Shown here: positions 1 to 14,126 of the stretch, piece by piece
How positions within the stretch are numbered: the first letter of the stretch is position 1
Layout: every line of letters starts with the position of its first letter
Program-made: the position numbers and the translations under genes
Notes under the pieces: model-generated
The model's input: the letters and a program-made list of their open reading frames with translations, nothing else
The model's database searches: none
Told to the model about the DNA's origin: nothing
From: Parasitella parasitica NRRL 2501
Taxonomy: Eukaryota; Fungi; Mucoromycota
Length of the DNA stretch: 64,000 bases
Reading direction: 5' to 3'
Assembly: GCA_025201805.1 (NCBI GenBank)
Contig: MU619257.1
Span: 258,780-322,779, forward strand

Positions 1-406
1 AGAAATCTTGCACTTGTAACCCAGATGTGCCCATGTGCAAACCTTGTCATGACAGACATATACAAGAAGTTTGGTCTCGCCAACAGCTCTTGAATAATTC
101 TACATTAGCTTAAGTATATTTCTATAAATTTTTTTTTTATAAATTGTTATACACTATACAAATTATATATAATCGAAAAGTCGGCCCATTTGGGCTGATT
201 AAAATCGGGCAAAACAGCCTCCGGAAAATCAATCCCTGATAGCTCAATTTTCACTTTTTTCAAACAAAATCAATTAGATTGCTGACAAGAACACCCATTT
301 CAATATTAAAAAGAGTTTTTAACATGTTATCTTCAATTTCTGTGGAGAAATTTATTATGGAAGGGTCGGCCCAAATGGGCCGATCGGGGTAATCCCAACT
401 TGTTAA
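1..406 (+). mobile_element. 3' end of a piggyBac-like DNA transposon (truncated by the window edge)
   Basis: Frame 3..113 reads KSCTCNPDVPMCKPCHDRHIQEV...*, resembling the Cys/His-rich C-terminal zinc domain of transposases. It is followed by two inverted copies of a palindromic motif (TCGGCCCATTTGGGCTGA ~181-198; TCGGCCCAAATGGGCCGA ~366-383) and a TTAA at 403-406. Confidence 0.45.
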
Positions 407-1982
407 TAATTAATAACAAAATTGAAATATTAAAGTTATTCTTTGGATACCACAATATTCACTTAGATATAATAAAATTCCATTTATCTTGAAGAACGAA
501 GGTTGATTTTTACCGCAGCTTAGCGAAGGTGCAAAAATTAGAGCGGGCGGGAAGACCAGGTTGTTAAATGATAAAAAGGTAATAGTTTATTATTATAATT
601 AAATAAAGAGCACAATAGACGACCAATCTACGATAGAATAATTAATACCATAAAAATAAAAAGCTTGTAATCTTTCAAAAAGTTCAGATATCTTAATGTT
701 TCGCTATCAGCATATAGGCTTGCGCCTCACTAAGCGTGGTGGTGCATGATAATTATTGAAACCATTTTTATCATCATTTTAAAATGAAAGAGCTGGAAAA
801 AAAAAGTATCCACTTACCAACAAAGGTCGTTCATACCCGCAAAGAAGCACTCCCTCAAGACAAACACAGCCTTCTTTCAGCTATATGTAAGCTATATTAG
901 TCAAGATGTTCAAATGGGTAAACATGTGTATATCCAGGCGATACAAAAGGAAAAAAAAAGGGGGGGGGCCATATTTCAGTTAAAAATATGAATTTTCTCT
1001 TTCACAATGTTTCAGAGAGATTCCCATTTACATACAATCATCCTCATATGGCCACCTTTTTTCTTTTCATTCTTGTATAGAAAAGCCGTATAGCATATAC
1101 ACGATACAAATGTTACATTATTAGAGTACTTACCGTCTAATTTGAATTGAAGGACAATCCTTCAATGTTTAAAAAAAAAAAAAAAAAAAAGCCATCAGAT
1201 ACTGTCAATGGGACCTTTTTAAATCTTTCGCAAAAAATTTTTGATGGATGAATGCATTGGGGACTGGTGCCATGACAATTTATAATTGGCCTTTGCAGAC
1301 TGTTTGTGATGAACCTAATTCTGATTTCCATACCAACAGTCATATCAAATCGTTGGCTGCTACTCATATACGTTTAGGTCGTAAATGACAATATCTTAAG
1401 CAATCTCGCTCGTAAAAACATTGCACGCTTCGATTTCAAAAAATGATATCAATCATATAGACTAATTTTTACAGGACATGAAATCATGATAATTGCCAAG
1501 GGACTATGCCATTATTAATCTAGTTTGATCATTTTTGTGATTTATTCAAATTTGATTACATGTTAATTGTATACTACAATCTGTTATGTTTTTCGTTCCT
1601 CGTATTACACATATCATCTCTATAATACTTGGTTTCTGGTAGCCAAGTTAGCTACAAAAATTTGTTTGCGGCTTATCATTATCTGAGTGTATTAGCTGTA
1701 TTACATGTAGAAATAGCCAATTCTTGTTGTGAAAAAAGAGCTAAATGTAGATGCAGAAAAGTATAATATGGTGCTTGTATGTTCTTTGAACGGCGAGAAA
1801 TAAGATAAAAGTGGTGCTTTAGATATTTATATACCTATAAATTCTTAAGATGAACGCTTCTAAGCCAAGTTGGTACGTAATGAGATTTGTTATTGATCGC
1901 AATGACTTATAAGTTACCACAGCAATGCTATAATAGTAACATGTTTATTTATCATAAGAAAAGAGGGGTATATATTTACAAT

Positions 1983-3009
1983 TCAAGGTGAATACGGTGG
2001 AGGCGCTGCTACGGATGGTGAAAAATCAAAATTTTCTTGAGTTTGCCTGCTATTAGCTTTATTAAAGAACATTTGCCTCTGTAATTGATATTGTAATTGC
2101 TGCTGTTGCATAGTTGGAGTTCTGCTAATATCTTGTTGGAAATGTGGATCATAAGCAGGATGAAGCATATTGATCGAAGGATAATTACCGCTATGAAACG
2201 TCGTAGATGATGTGGTTGAAGCAGAGTTAGCGGAGGTATTGGATGACGATGAATTAGACCTCATAGCATTTGTGCTTGTTTTGGACAATGTTGCTGGCTG
2301 TTCTTTATCTAAATTTTTCTGAAGATTCAGCTTCTTCTTTGAAAGCTGACGTCTTGCGAACAAATAGGCGCAAACAACTACCACCAAAAATACAGTGACA
2401 CCAATTACACTGGCGATAATGTGAAGTGTACTCGATCCTTGTGAGCTAATTTTTTTTGCTTTTTCGACGCAAGTGTGGTCAGAACAATTTCCATCGATAC
2501 ATTGGTTATCTGATTCGCAGACCTCTCCATGGGTTAGCTGCTTTACGCATATGTGAGCTCGATCGCAGAAAAGACCTCTCGCACAATTGCTAAAGTATGA
2601 ATCATAAGCATCGTTCAGCGGCCATTCTATGCATGTTTCACTCGTATTTTTGGATAGATGAATTGCATTTCTTAGTCTAGGGTGAGGAGCTATTATACAT
2701 GGCTGATTAAGTTGAATCAATGGGCCTTGGTATTCGGGCAATGACATGGTATCTTTCAGAATCCATCTTGGAATTGAAAAATTAGGGTAAGTATAAGGGG
2801 TTGCCATGGGGAAATGTGGATTATATGATTTACTTTGTGTTATTTGTTCTCGGTTTGCATTGCACATATGAATCTGTCACTTCACATACATCTCCGTCAT
2901 CAGCGCAAGGAAATTTGCATTCAACTACAACTAAATTAGCTTTTACCAAGGTTATCAAGATTGCCAATATCAACAGGGACATGGATGTTAAATGGCTTAA
3001 ATACAACAT
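1983..3009 (-). CDS. Type I membrane protein: signal peptide, Cys-rich ectodomain, one TM helix, C-terminal PPPY motif
   Basis: ATG at 3009 (MLYLSHLTSMSLLILAILITLVKA, signal-peptide-like). A GT-AG intron 2767-2833 joins in frame to ORF 1983..2867. Cys cluster CARGLFC...C...CESDNQCIDGNC...C; TM IIASVIGVTVFLVVVVCAYLFA followed by RR; ends APPPYSP. Confidence 0.75.
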
Positions 3010-3670
3010 TTCTACAGACTCAAATCCTTGAGCATTAGATAATCTTGTTTTGTAAAAGAAAGAAGAATTAGGGGAAAAAAGCTACCCTCGGTTCAACTAA
3101 TTTATTTAAGGCTAATGAAAAAATAGAAACTGAGGAAGCCTAAGAAAACTGTGCTACCGTAGACCAACGTTCTCTTGATTGAAACTCCAATCTGCCTTTG
3201 CTATATATAATAATTCAAGACATTGACATTGGATGACAGTTTCATTTTTCGAAAGGAAGGGAATTCTGTTTTCACAATCTCTAGCTGATTAAAAAAAAAA
3301 CAGGCTTTTAGAAAGCATATACTCCATTCAAAGCATCATCAGGTACACGGTGAATCGACTATGTATCAGCAGCATTCACGAACACTTAAGCAATATATAC
3401 AAATTTTAAACAATCGTAAAATGGTAATCGCCTACTAGCATAAATGGCTTGTCTTTCTACAATTCATATATGCTCATTTGACGGGATAGCAACCCTTTAA
3501 TGATCATGATCACTGTACATGGCATCAGTTAATATGTCATTTTACTGTTTCTGGAAGAGTGAAAGATGCAGTAAAAGATGTGCCACAAATTTTAAGTTTG
3601 CAAGCTATGTTTTGCAGTATTGACGATATTTCTTAAATAAGCAACGAAAATGAGAATGTTTATTTCAAAA

Positions 3671-6600
3671 TTACCAAACAGGCACACCAGCTTCAATGCC
3701 TCTTGGCTCTGTTGATTGGCCAATCAAAGCTTTGCTTAAGAAGGAATACTCTTCTTGGAAATGCTTCTTCTTATTGCCAGTAGCTACAGAGGCAGATGGA
3801 GGACGGCCTGCGTAAACTGGAGATTTACCAGCGTAATACTGTGTTTCTGCGAGAGTAGTAGTAAGTCTAGACTGAACATGTTGCCATGGCCCCATATTTT
3901 GAGGCTCTTCTTGACACCAGATAATCTCGGCATTAGGATATTTATCCACATTTTCCTTGATTTGCTGGTAAGGGAATGGATTCAATTGCTCCACGCGAGA
4001 AATAGCAATATCGTTCATTTTGTTTTGCTCACGAGCCTTTAACAAAGCATAATAAACTTGACCAGAACATAGAATGTGCTTCTTTATCTGATCCGGTGCA
4101 GCCAATGTTTCAGGATGCGTTTCTGGTAAATACAGTTGGAAATGCGTGTTTCCTGTAATCTCAGATAAACTAGAACGCGCCAATGGATGACGAAGCATCG
4201 ACTTGGAGAAAGGTAGAATCAACGGTTTCCTGTAATCACGGCAGATTTGACGACGCAAGACATGGAAGTACTGGGAAGGGGTTGAAGCGTATACAACCTG
4301 CATGTTACAGTCTTGATGCTGGCGTTGTAGTTTTTCTGCGGATGGGAATACATATGGATTTTCATCGCAAAGTTGCAAATAGCGCTCGATGCGGGCAGAC
4401 GAATGTTCAGGCCCTTGACCGTCATAGCCATGAGGAAGAGAAAGGACTAAGCCCGTACGTTGAAGCCATTTTTGTTCGCCAGCAGCCAAGAACTGGTCGA
4501 CAATTACTTGGGCTGTGTTGGCAAAATCGCCAAATTGGGCTTCCCAAATTACAAGCGAATTGGGGTCGACAAGCGAGTAGCCTAATTCAAAACCTAGTAC
4601 ACCGTATTCTGATAACGACGAGTTTGAGATGGCAAGCACGCCTTGTTCAGAGCTAATGTTGTTTAATAATGTAGTACGGGCATCAGATTTTTGATCGTGC
4701 AAGACGGCATGGCGTTGTGAAAAGGTTCCGCGTTCAACATCTTGGCCAGAGACACGTACATGCTTATTTTCTAAAAGTAAAGATCCCCAGGCAAGCCCTT
4801 CAGCTGTGGACCAGTCAATATCTTTGCCGCTGGTCAAACTCTTTTCGCGAGCCTGCAAAATACGGATAATGTTACGGTGAGCGTTGAAGTTTTGAGGCAA
4901 GGTGGTCATAGCTTTTCCAACTTGAGCTAGAGCCTCCTCAGAGACACCAGTGGGATATTGGGGGAGCACTTCAGTGGCTAGTTCCTTGGGTGACTTGAAG
5001 CCAGGCCAGCTGCTGGATAGCCATTCTTGAGAGCTAGGCTTGTAGGTTTTACTAGCAGTGTAGCTCTCTTCTAATATCTCCCATACACGCTTCTTTTCTT
5101 TGTCAATCTGTTCAGATGTGAAATTGCCTTCGTTCTTGAGTTGCTCTTCGTACTTTTGAGCAACGGGCTTCATTTTGCTGATAGCTTGATACATGAGCGG
5201 TTGAGTGAACATGGGTTGGTCAGTCTCGTTGTGTCCATGTTTACGATAGCAAACTAAATCTATGACACAATCCTTATGGAAAGTTTGTCTCCAATCCGCT
5301 GCTAATTGCATGACAAAAGTTACAGCTTCAACATCATCGCCGTTAACATGAAAAACAGGAGCGTTGATAGATTTGGCTATATCAGTACAGTAAGGAGTAG
5401 AACGACCATAACGAGGATCTGTAGTAAAGCCAATTTGGTTATTGACTACAATGTGAATAGTGCCTCCAGTCGAATAGGAAGGCAGGTCGTAGAAGCCCAT
5501 GGTCTCGTAGACAACACCTTGACCTGCCATAGCAGCATCACCATGCATCAAAATGGACATGGCATGGTCGCCATGGATATCTTTGCCATAAAATTGAAGT
5601 GCCTTAGTTTTACCGAGAACAACAGGGTCGACAGCTTCCAAATGAGACGGGTTGGCTACCAGGGAAAGATGGACACGTCTTCCTGAAGGAGTAGGACGAA
5701 CGTAGTTCATGCCCAAGTGGTATTTTACGTCCCCAGAGCCTTCATCTGAAGGTAGTGCGGAGCCACTGAATTCGCACCAGATGGATTCGTTGGGTTTGCG
5801 AACGACATTAGACAAGACATTCAAACGGCCACGATGAGGCATACCAATAACTATAGACTCTACGCCCAGATCAACAGATCTGTCGATCTGGCAGGTTGGT
5901 GTTACTACCATTTCTCCATAATTCTTGTTGACCATTTACTTACCAATGCCTTCATGCCAGGAATGAGGCTCTCACCGCCTTCGAGACCAAAACGTTTCTC
6001 AGATGGATATTTAGAAGCAACGAAACGTTCAAAACTGTCAGACCATGTCAAGCGATCCAGAATCATCTTCTTTTCCTTATGTGTGTATTTGTAGGGCTCA
6101 GGCTTTTCTACGCGGGCACGAATCCAATCGCACTGAGCACGGTCAGGGATATGGACATATTCAATACCGATAGACCCACCTGTATAATCTTAGGGATAAG
6201 TACATTTCTGCATTCACTTTTAATGCTGCTCACTTACAATACATTTTTTTGAGATCATCAATAATTTCACGCAAGCTCAGCTCTTTGTTTGTCTGACCCA
6301 ACGCAGGTAAAATGCCCGGACCTAGCGTAAATTTGCGGTCCAGATCTTTGTCAGTGAACCCATAATATTGGTAAGTAAGTTCTGGAGGATGTGGGTTTTC
6401 TGTGCTAGCATGTCCGATGTGCAAGGGATCCAGATTTGCTAATTGGTGGCCTCGTACTTGATAGGCTCTAACGAGCAATTGAATCTTCATATGCTCGATT
6501 ACTTTTTTGCTGGATTCGCTCATACTAGCCTGTAGAGTAATGTCAGCTGGCAATTGAGGCATACGAGCACTATCAGAGGGCATAATGGTAGGCGGTGGCG

Positions 6601-6883
6601 TGTAAGCCTCTCCGGAGGGGACACCATTTGCCATATTTTTGAAGTAAACTTGCCATGACAGATGTACAGAGGAAGGATCCTTGAGCCAGGCCTCGTACAT
6701 TTCCTCAATGTAATTGGCCGCATTACCGTGGAGGAACCCATCATTGACAGAAGGAGCAGCATAGTGGCGACACGCTTGCAGGAAAGAAAATGCCAATGTA
6801 GGACGAAGATAGGGTGTTTTTAGTACTAGTGTTCGTTTCGCACCACATTTTGTAACACGAGATAGTGTCGATAATCGATACAT
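3671..6883 (-). CDS. KGD1: 2-oxoglutarate dehydrogenase E1 component, mitochondrial
   Basis: Motifs [74 protein letters not shown]. Basic mitochondrial presequence from ATG 6883; introns 6180-6237 and 5888-5943. Confidence 0.97.
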
Positions 6884-8078
6884 AATGTGTTGAATAAAAG
6901 AAAAGAGAAAACTATCATGTAAAATCACTCTATATTTATTTCTTCCTTTTTACTGGGTGACTTGTGTGTGTTTCCATGTCTTAAATGTTTGTGCAAAAAG
7001 CCATTGCAAGAGGCACGAAGGAGTCATACAGTTGTACATGTCTATAGGCAATTCTTTGACATTTCAAGATAAAGATAGTGTGCATGTGCTTCGTCTCTTA
7101 TATATGCTTGTGTAATATCTTGTATGACACCCTGGTTTTTGCTTTTTATTTGAAACATAACTTTGTTTTAGATCTGGGGCAACGGTAATGTCGGCTTAAT
7201 TCATGCTGAATGCAGCGCGACTAATTTTTGTATTTAGAATAAACGGCTGTTTTCTGCTGCAATCGTAGCGCTGTTTATCAAGTCGAGTTGTTTGCATCCA
7301 GCCTTCAGTAGACACAGACAACTTCTTGAACTTACCTAATTTGATATTCGAAATCCAAGTTGATATGCACCTTGTAGTCAGCATTCACGTATTTTTTTTT
7401 TATTAGAATCAGAAAAGGAAAATGTTGAAACGCATTAGAGTACTCTGTCTCCTCCAAAGTACAAAAACAACCTTTTATGGCCAAGCTGCAAATCTATAGA
7501 TTTATAAGCTCTGGAGAAAAGGGTCGTTGTGGTAATAGGATGTCCTTTAAGAAGTGTGTATAAGAAATGTGAGAATTATCAAGGACCTTTATACGGTATT
7601 ACGAACAAGTCTAAAAGTTGAGATGGCTGCTAAATACCTGTTTCTGAGTAGCTCGGAAACAATACTCTTTAGATCTTTTTGACAGCAGAATCAAGAGAAA
7701 CATAAATTTAAGCTTGACAGCACTGTCATAGCGTAGTGGAGATGATTGAAGGGGACCTGGAAAGAGTGTCTCGGGGCGGCTGAGTGTTTAGGAGAACAAC
7801 TATGCCTCAAGCTCTGATGAAGTATTTAATCAATTAAGCTCAAAGAAAATACCTAACATTGAACAACAAAGAACTCGCTATTGTTCCTCTCTGTAGGGGA
7901 ATACATGTACGCCATGGGATTGTTTCTCCATCTCCTTGTAAAGCAATAAAATGCAAAAGGTCTTAATTGCTTATTACACTATTTTATTTAAATTATCATG
8001 ATATTTTTAACTTTGACTATTTAATTCTTTGTTGATACTTGTGGTATATATATGTATATGAAAAAAAAAGGAAACATT

Positions 8079-10225
8079 TCAACAGAATTGTTTCGTTTTC
8101 AGGACTTTTCTTAGATTAGCTTCTTCAGCTTCATATTCATGCTTTCTTTTTCCAAGCATTGGCTTGGTTGTAGCGGAATTTTCATTATTGATTTTGGCAG
8201 GAGCAGCAGGTTCTTGAATGATAGTGCGTGTGACAGGAGGGCTATCTAAACAGGTTTTCTTCCTAGATTCAGAGCCTGAGCCATCATTTTCGGTACTTTC
8301 GTCTTCAAGCTCGCTTGAAGAACGTTTTTTGCCTTTTGCTGCTAAAGTCAATGTGTTTGAGGTTGATTTGCTCTCAGGTGATGACAATGCACTTAATGAG
8401 GCGTGTTCAATTGGAACTGAGGCCGGCAATTGGGGTTCTTGGTCTGAGGAAAGAGGGCTACAGGATGCTTTCAAATTGTTGGCATAACTGCATTCCACGT
8501 TACTGTCTTTGTTGTCACTAGCAATCGAGTACTCGTTATTACTGACATTGCTGGACTCTTCTTGATCGCCATCTTCCTCATCGCTGCTGAATTCAAAGAG
8601 TGCAGCATGGATGATTTCAGCGAGTGAAGGAGAGGCTTTAGCTGGGGATTTTTTATTTTGGAGAGCAGTTGAGTGCTTGTCATCACTAATATTTCCAGAC
8701 TCCTGTTGAATGCCATCTTGCTTGTCATCACTGGATTTCCTGGATTCCTGTTGATCGCCATCTTTTTTGTCGTCAATGTCTCCCAAAAGTGAGGGATGAA
8801 CTTCAGCTGGGGATTCTTTATTCCCAAGAGCAGCCGAGTGCTTGCTATCACTGACATTTCCGGATTCCTGTTGATTGCCACCTTGCTTGGCAATAGGGAA
8901 TAAAGAATAGGCTTTAGCTGGGGGTTCTTTATTCCCAAGAGCAGCCGAGCGCTTGCTACCACTGACATTTCCAGATTCCTGTTGATTGCCACCTTGCTTG
9001 GCAATAAGGAATAAAGAATAGACTCCATCTGGGGATTTATAGCAATCGCTAGCATTGAAATTGCCAGACCTATTTCGATAGTCATCTTGCACCGTTTTAA
9101 AGAATGAAGGAAGGTCTTCAGTTGATGATTTTTGGTTCCAAAGAGGATCCGAGCGCTTGTTATCACTGACATTGCCGGACTCTTCTCGAAGGTCATCTAG
9201 CATTGATTGCGAAATTATGGGAGGGCCTCCAGTTGGGGGTTTTTTGTTATCACTAACGTTTCCGGATGCCTGTTGATTGCCATCTTGCTTTAATTTAAAG
9301 AATGTAGGATAGGACTCAGCTGAGGATCTCTTCGGGCGATTGTCATCACATGTAAGGAATCCAGGAAGGATTTTAGCTGGGGATTTCTTGTCCCAATGAG
9401 TAGTCGCGACACTACGGATCTTGTTACCATTGACGTTTCTGGAATATTCTGGATGGTCATTTTGCATGGATTTGAAGATTGAAGCAAAGTCTACAGCTGG
9501 AGGTTTTGTATTCCAAAGAGGAGTCGAGTACTTGTTACCACTGACGTTACTGGACTCTTTTCGATGGTCATCTTGCATGACATCGAAGATTGAGGGAAGG
9601 TCTTCAGTTGGAATTTTTGCATTCCAAAGAGAAGTCGAGTACTTGTTACCATTGACGTTGCTGGACTCTTTTCGATGGTCATCTGACATGAAATCGAAGA
9701 TTGAAAAAAGGTCTTCAGTTTGAAGTTTTGTATTCCAAAGAGGAGTCGAGTGCTTTTTATCACTGACATTGCTGGACTCTTTTCGCTTATCGTCAACGCA
9801 TGAAGTAGCTCCAACTTTAATCAGAGACTGTGCTCCAGCATGGCCAACTTCATGATATGAGGAATGAATACCCAAAGGCTCAGGAGAATTCCTATCATCA
9901 GTGAATTTGATGAATTCTTGAGACCTCTCGCCGAGGCGGGGTATTGATGTTTGAGCGCGCCAATAATCTGATCTGCCTCGATTTAGGGCTAAAGATTCGA
10001 AAGTTACTGGGGTACGACTGTTTTTTGCCGACACCGAAGCTTCAGGTGGTTGGATGCTCTTCATTCGCCAAAACGACTTGGGAAGGCTGACAAAAGAGGA
10101 ACTACAAGAGATTTAATACGCTAGTTGCCATACACTGAATTCAAATATATTTACCCTCTGGATAAAATACTTTTTATTCTAGAAAATCTAGGTGCTCTTT
10201 TTGGAGATTCTTTATTGAGATCCAT
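8079..10225 (-). CDS. Orphan low-complexity protein with ~12 degenerate 37-aa repeats and C-terminal NLS-like clusters
   Basis: 661-aa ORF extended by an upstream exon (ATG 10225, MDLNKESPKRAPRFSRIKSILSRG; in-frame GT-AG intron 10102-10154). Recurring ES(S/G)NVS(D/G)xK core; KGKKR, RKK and LGKRK basic clusters. Confidence 0.65.
8520..9795 (-). repeat. Coding tandem repeat with a 111-bp period (37 aa)
   Basis: ATTCCAAAGA recurs at 9510, 9621 and 9732 (111-bp spacing); a second pair of near-identical units lies at ~8810-9020. Confidence 0.85.
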
Positions 10226-12114
10226 TTTTTGCTCGTTTGCTGTACGGTTTTTCAATTGAATTGGTTTTCTGGATATCAATCAAGTAGCAGAGGATCAAAT
10301 AAATAAATAAAAAAGTTGTATGAAGAGAAAGAAAGAGGAAAAGTGCTTTGTGAGCAAAGTGGGGTATCCTATACCCTTTTTCCGCGGGGGCATTATTTGT
10401 TCTGCCTTCAGGCATTCGCAACAAACGCTCTCGAAAGAGAGTAAACTGCCAAAATACTTGAGCGTTTTGTCTATCAATTCAGCTTTCCACCTCAACTTCA
10501 AGGTATAAGTGCAACCTATACAATATTAAATACATTGATTTATTAGATATAGCTTTTCTTCAACAAATCCTTGTAACAATAGGCCTGCCCAGAATTTTAT
10601 TTTGTTTCAATAACAAGGCACGGACCCAGGAAAGTAAACAAAAAAAAGCGGCATGTGATCCTAATCCAAAAAACAGGAAAGTACTAAAAAGCATCATGCA
10701 CTTGTACTTTGATTGTTTGTTTGTTTATTACATCATTGATTTGCATGGTGTCAACCATGATAGTTGATGACATTCATCCCTTTTCGAGAATTTGTGAGCA
10801 CATAAAATCGTATAATTTAGTTGATGATAGTGTAAAATGGTCTCTGGACAGAACATTGAACTATTGAACTGCGGCGAGCAGGATATGGAAATTAATAGCT
10901 ACAGAAGGCAATGTAAGTATAAAGAACATCACAACCAACAGGGACACCAAGAGTGCGAATTCAATGCAAAATGACTTTAGAAAGTAATCTGAATTCGTAT
11001 GAATAAAGCAGAGTGATAGCACCATCCCAATAGTGATCGGATACCTTTCAGCATACAGTTAACTAGTCGATTAGGCAAATTTTGTTTTATTTTCCTAAGA
11101 CATGTGATAGTCGTGCAACCACATGAATAGTGCATGATACTCGATTTCTCGACCAATCAACAGAAGAGCTATGGTGCATACACTAGGTGAATCAGGTTGA
11201 TAGCGAGAGCAAAGGATAGTGTACATAAGTTAAACAAGTTTTATCAATTACCTCAAGGCTGACGAGGTCAACGAAACGATTTTATTTATTAATCTGCAGC
11301 TACGTGAAACAATATACAAAAAGGGTATAAAAGTATCTTTGTCTAAACTGGCCCGGACAATTGGCTGCATAATTCGACCTAGTTGAGATTGCAATTTCAG
11401 TCAAACCTGTATACATTGCTTGTCGTACCTAAACTAATCGACTTTGGCCTCCAATGTGGTACCGGCACATACACTCATACACTCTGAGCTAACAACGATG
11501 GACAACAACGATTGTATACCAAGGAAGAAATGTTTATACTCTTCCAACCTTCCAGAAATGAGGAAAAAATTAATAATCAAAACAATAGAAAAGAGCGCCC
11601 ACTCCCAGTGGAGGTTACTGCACCATTGGAAGGGGGTTCAAAACAATAATTACAATTGTCCTGAAGTGCCAGCTAGACTTGGCTTATCATTTGTTCCAAT
11701 CCAACTTAATATGAATGCCTTAATCTGCAAAAAATAAATTACTCAAATTTCAAACTAAAAAAAAAAAAAAAAAGAATGTTTCTTTCTTGTTTCGCCGACA
11801 TTCCACTTAAAGAATGGGCGAACATATAAAATCTTGTCAGAGTTGACACCAATTCAGCAACTGTAAATAGCATCAGTACAAAAGTATATCAACGGTCTTG
11901 AGAAATTCCCAACTCAAATAGTCACGCATCGTTACGTACAAGGCTTTGCAGGCAAAGCAAAGCAAAAAAAAACTTGAAACTGAGAAGCACACAAAATATA
12001 TAACAAAAAGAATTTGACAAGGAAAATGAAAAGAAACAACACTTGATCTTGAAAAAAAAATGTTTTTTAACCATCAAGCACAACTTGTATTTGAAGCAGA
12101 AACATTGTTAAAGT

Positions 12115-12390
12115 ACAATGAAAGAGGAGCTGAGCAGCAGAGTCAATAGAGATCAAACAAACTGGACAGCGAGGAGAGTCAAACATGGCAGGCATTATGC
12201 GATGTAAAAAGCTACGGTGCAGGGTACACCCGACAATGAATCGGTACACCACATTGCGCTATATCGTAGTAAGAGACGGGCAGTGGAAACGTCGCGTAGT
12301 ATTGTTGGAGGTGTGACAGCCGAGATACAGTAACTGCCGAACGAAATATTTTGGTGAGGCCTGCGTGGTGACAAAAGATTGACCATCGTC
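12115..12390 (-). mobile_element. Degenerate non-LTR retrotransposon (LINE) fragment, zf-RVT region
   Basis: Translation SLTTI*RNVVYRFIVGCTLHRSFLHRIMPAMFDSPRCPVCLISIDSAAQLLFHC matches the C-x2-C...HLxFxC zinc-binding region downstream of LINE reverse transcriptase; it has an in-frame stop and an eroded His. Confidence 0.7.
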
Positions 12391-14126
12391 GCAAATAAAT
12401 TGGTTCACAAAAGAAGCAAAATATACCTCGGAGCTCTTGAGGGGAGCAGGACTACAGACGGGGACGAAATAAGATTGAAACTAAAGGAGACTCCTCGCAC
12501 TCCATTATCTTCAAAACTAGATAAAAACAAAAGTTTAAAAGAAACTCTTTATGCCTGCGGGAAAGAAATCCATGAGAGATACAAACAAGGAAAGTCGTTG
12601 ACCGGTGATAAACTCAAAGCAATGAAATGGGGTCTATCAAGCATACTCAATTTTCAGAAACCAGGGAAAATGTTAATAGATGTTTGTTTGAACCTAAATT
12701 TTGGTAAGGGATCGCCAATAATAACAAGAAGTTCATTGTGAAGGTCCCTGATCTTGAAAAATTGTTACAAGAAAAATTATTAGAGGAAAAATTATTAGAG
12801 AATAAATGCCCCATCTGCAAATTTCAAACAACCTTACAATCCCAATATTTTGATCTTATCGTCGTCCGAAATCGATGCTAAGCGTTGGCTTGCTTGGTCT
12901 GCTTGAAAGAGTAGTATTGTTTGATGATGATGATGCAAGATATGGTATTACTGCCATATCGAATGCTGTAAAAACTGAGGATAACGACTAACTGGCGAGT
13001 ATCATTTATGATAACTGTGGGCCAGAGTAATTCAGAAATGCATTTAGTAGAGGTAAAGAGGCAATGATTTGTTCAGCATGGCTTGGTTTATTCTTTATGC
13101 AAATCTAAGTGTCAATGTGCAATTTTTGTATAATTTTGCAGTTAACTATCTATTTCTGGGCCATTGCGCAGTGAGAATAAGCAATGTATCAAATGAGCCT
13201 GGCTCCGGTGTGCTTACCGGTAATAGCAGAAATTATGAACCAGGGCTACTATCTGTCTACAGTCTTTTATGGTTTCTGAAAGAAAAAAGTTCGAGTAAAT
13301 GATAAATGTCACGATGTTTGTAATCTCTATATATTAGGGTTTCTGATAACAAACCTTTTATTACTGATAAAAGCTGAGACATTTCTGAGAGAAGAGAAAT
13401 GTCCCCTCAAGAAGATTTCAAGTAGAAAGAAGAAGTATTAAATGCAATCTTCAACGGGACACAATACAAATTTTTTTGAGATCCATAATGCTTGAATGTT
13501 GATAAATGATTTCAGATATATCCGTTATAAATTAGATATCTAAATAACCTCAAATAGTTAGACAAGTATATAGAACTGCATATATTATTAAGGTATTTAG
13601 TTGTATGCATCCGTCAAATTATGCATTTATACAATGGCAGTTTATTTCTGAATCCAACTTTAAACCAACCATTCCATTCTGTTTCCTCTTTTAAAATCGT
13701 GGCATATTCAAGCAAATGACAATCTCTATCTTTTATAACTTCGCATTTTCATTTTATGTTACATCTGTTAAGTTAAGTCAACACATCCAATATCAAAGAA
13801 GAATATACAGTCGGGAATCGTTATAACGGAAGGGTTGGTGGACTAAAATGTGTTTGGTATAACGAGTTATCCCTTATTCAGAATTTGATACTCTACAGTA
13901 CAGTCTCTAAAACCTAGAACCTGGAATCTACCAGAAGTTTATTATGACGCTTAACTTTTGTGAGTAAAACTACCCTCAACATCAATCCTATCCTCTATTT
14001 TATATGTTTAGCATTATTATAAGCAACAATGATAATAGGGCTAGCAACTTATGAATTATTCACAAATAACAAGGTGTTATTTCAGTAGAGTATTCATTAA
14101 ATATCCTCTTATGCTTCCAGCTCGAT

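Noticed and set aside
3755-6094. Plus-strand ORFs within KGD1 (and similar antisense ORFs in other genes)
   Set aside because: Antisense shadows of real coding sequence.
7150-7950. Possible decayed coding sequence between KGD1 and the repeat protein (similarly 12420-13000)
   Set aside because: Frames are broken and I could not assign a family.
8520-9795. CRISPR-like or satellite interpretation of the periodic sequence
   Set aside because: Eukaryotic context; units are in-frame 111-bp coding repeats without a repeat-spacer structure.
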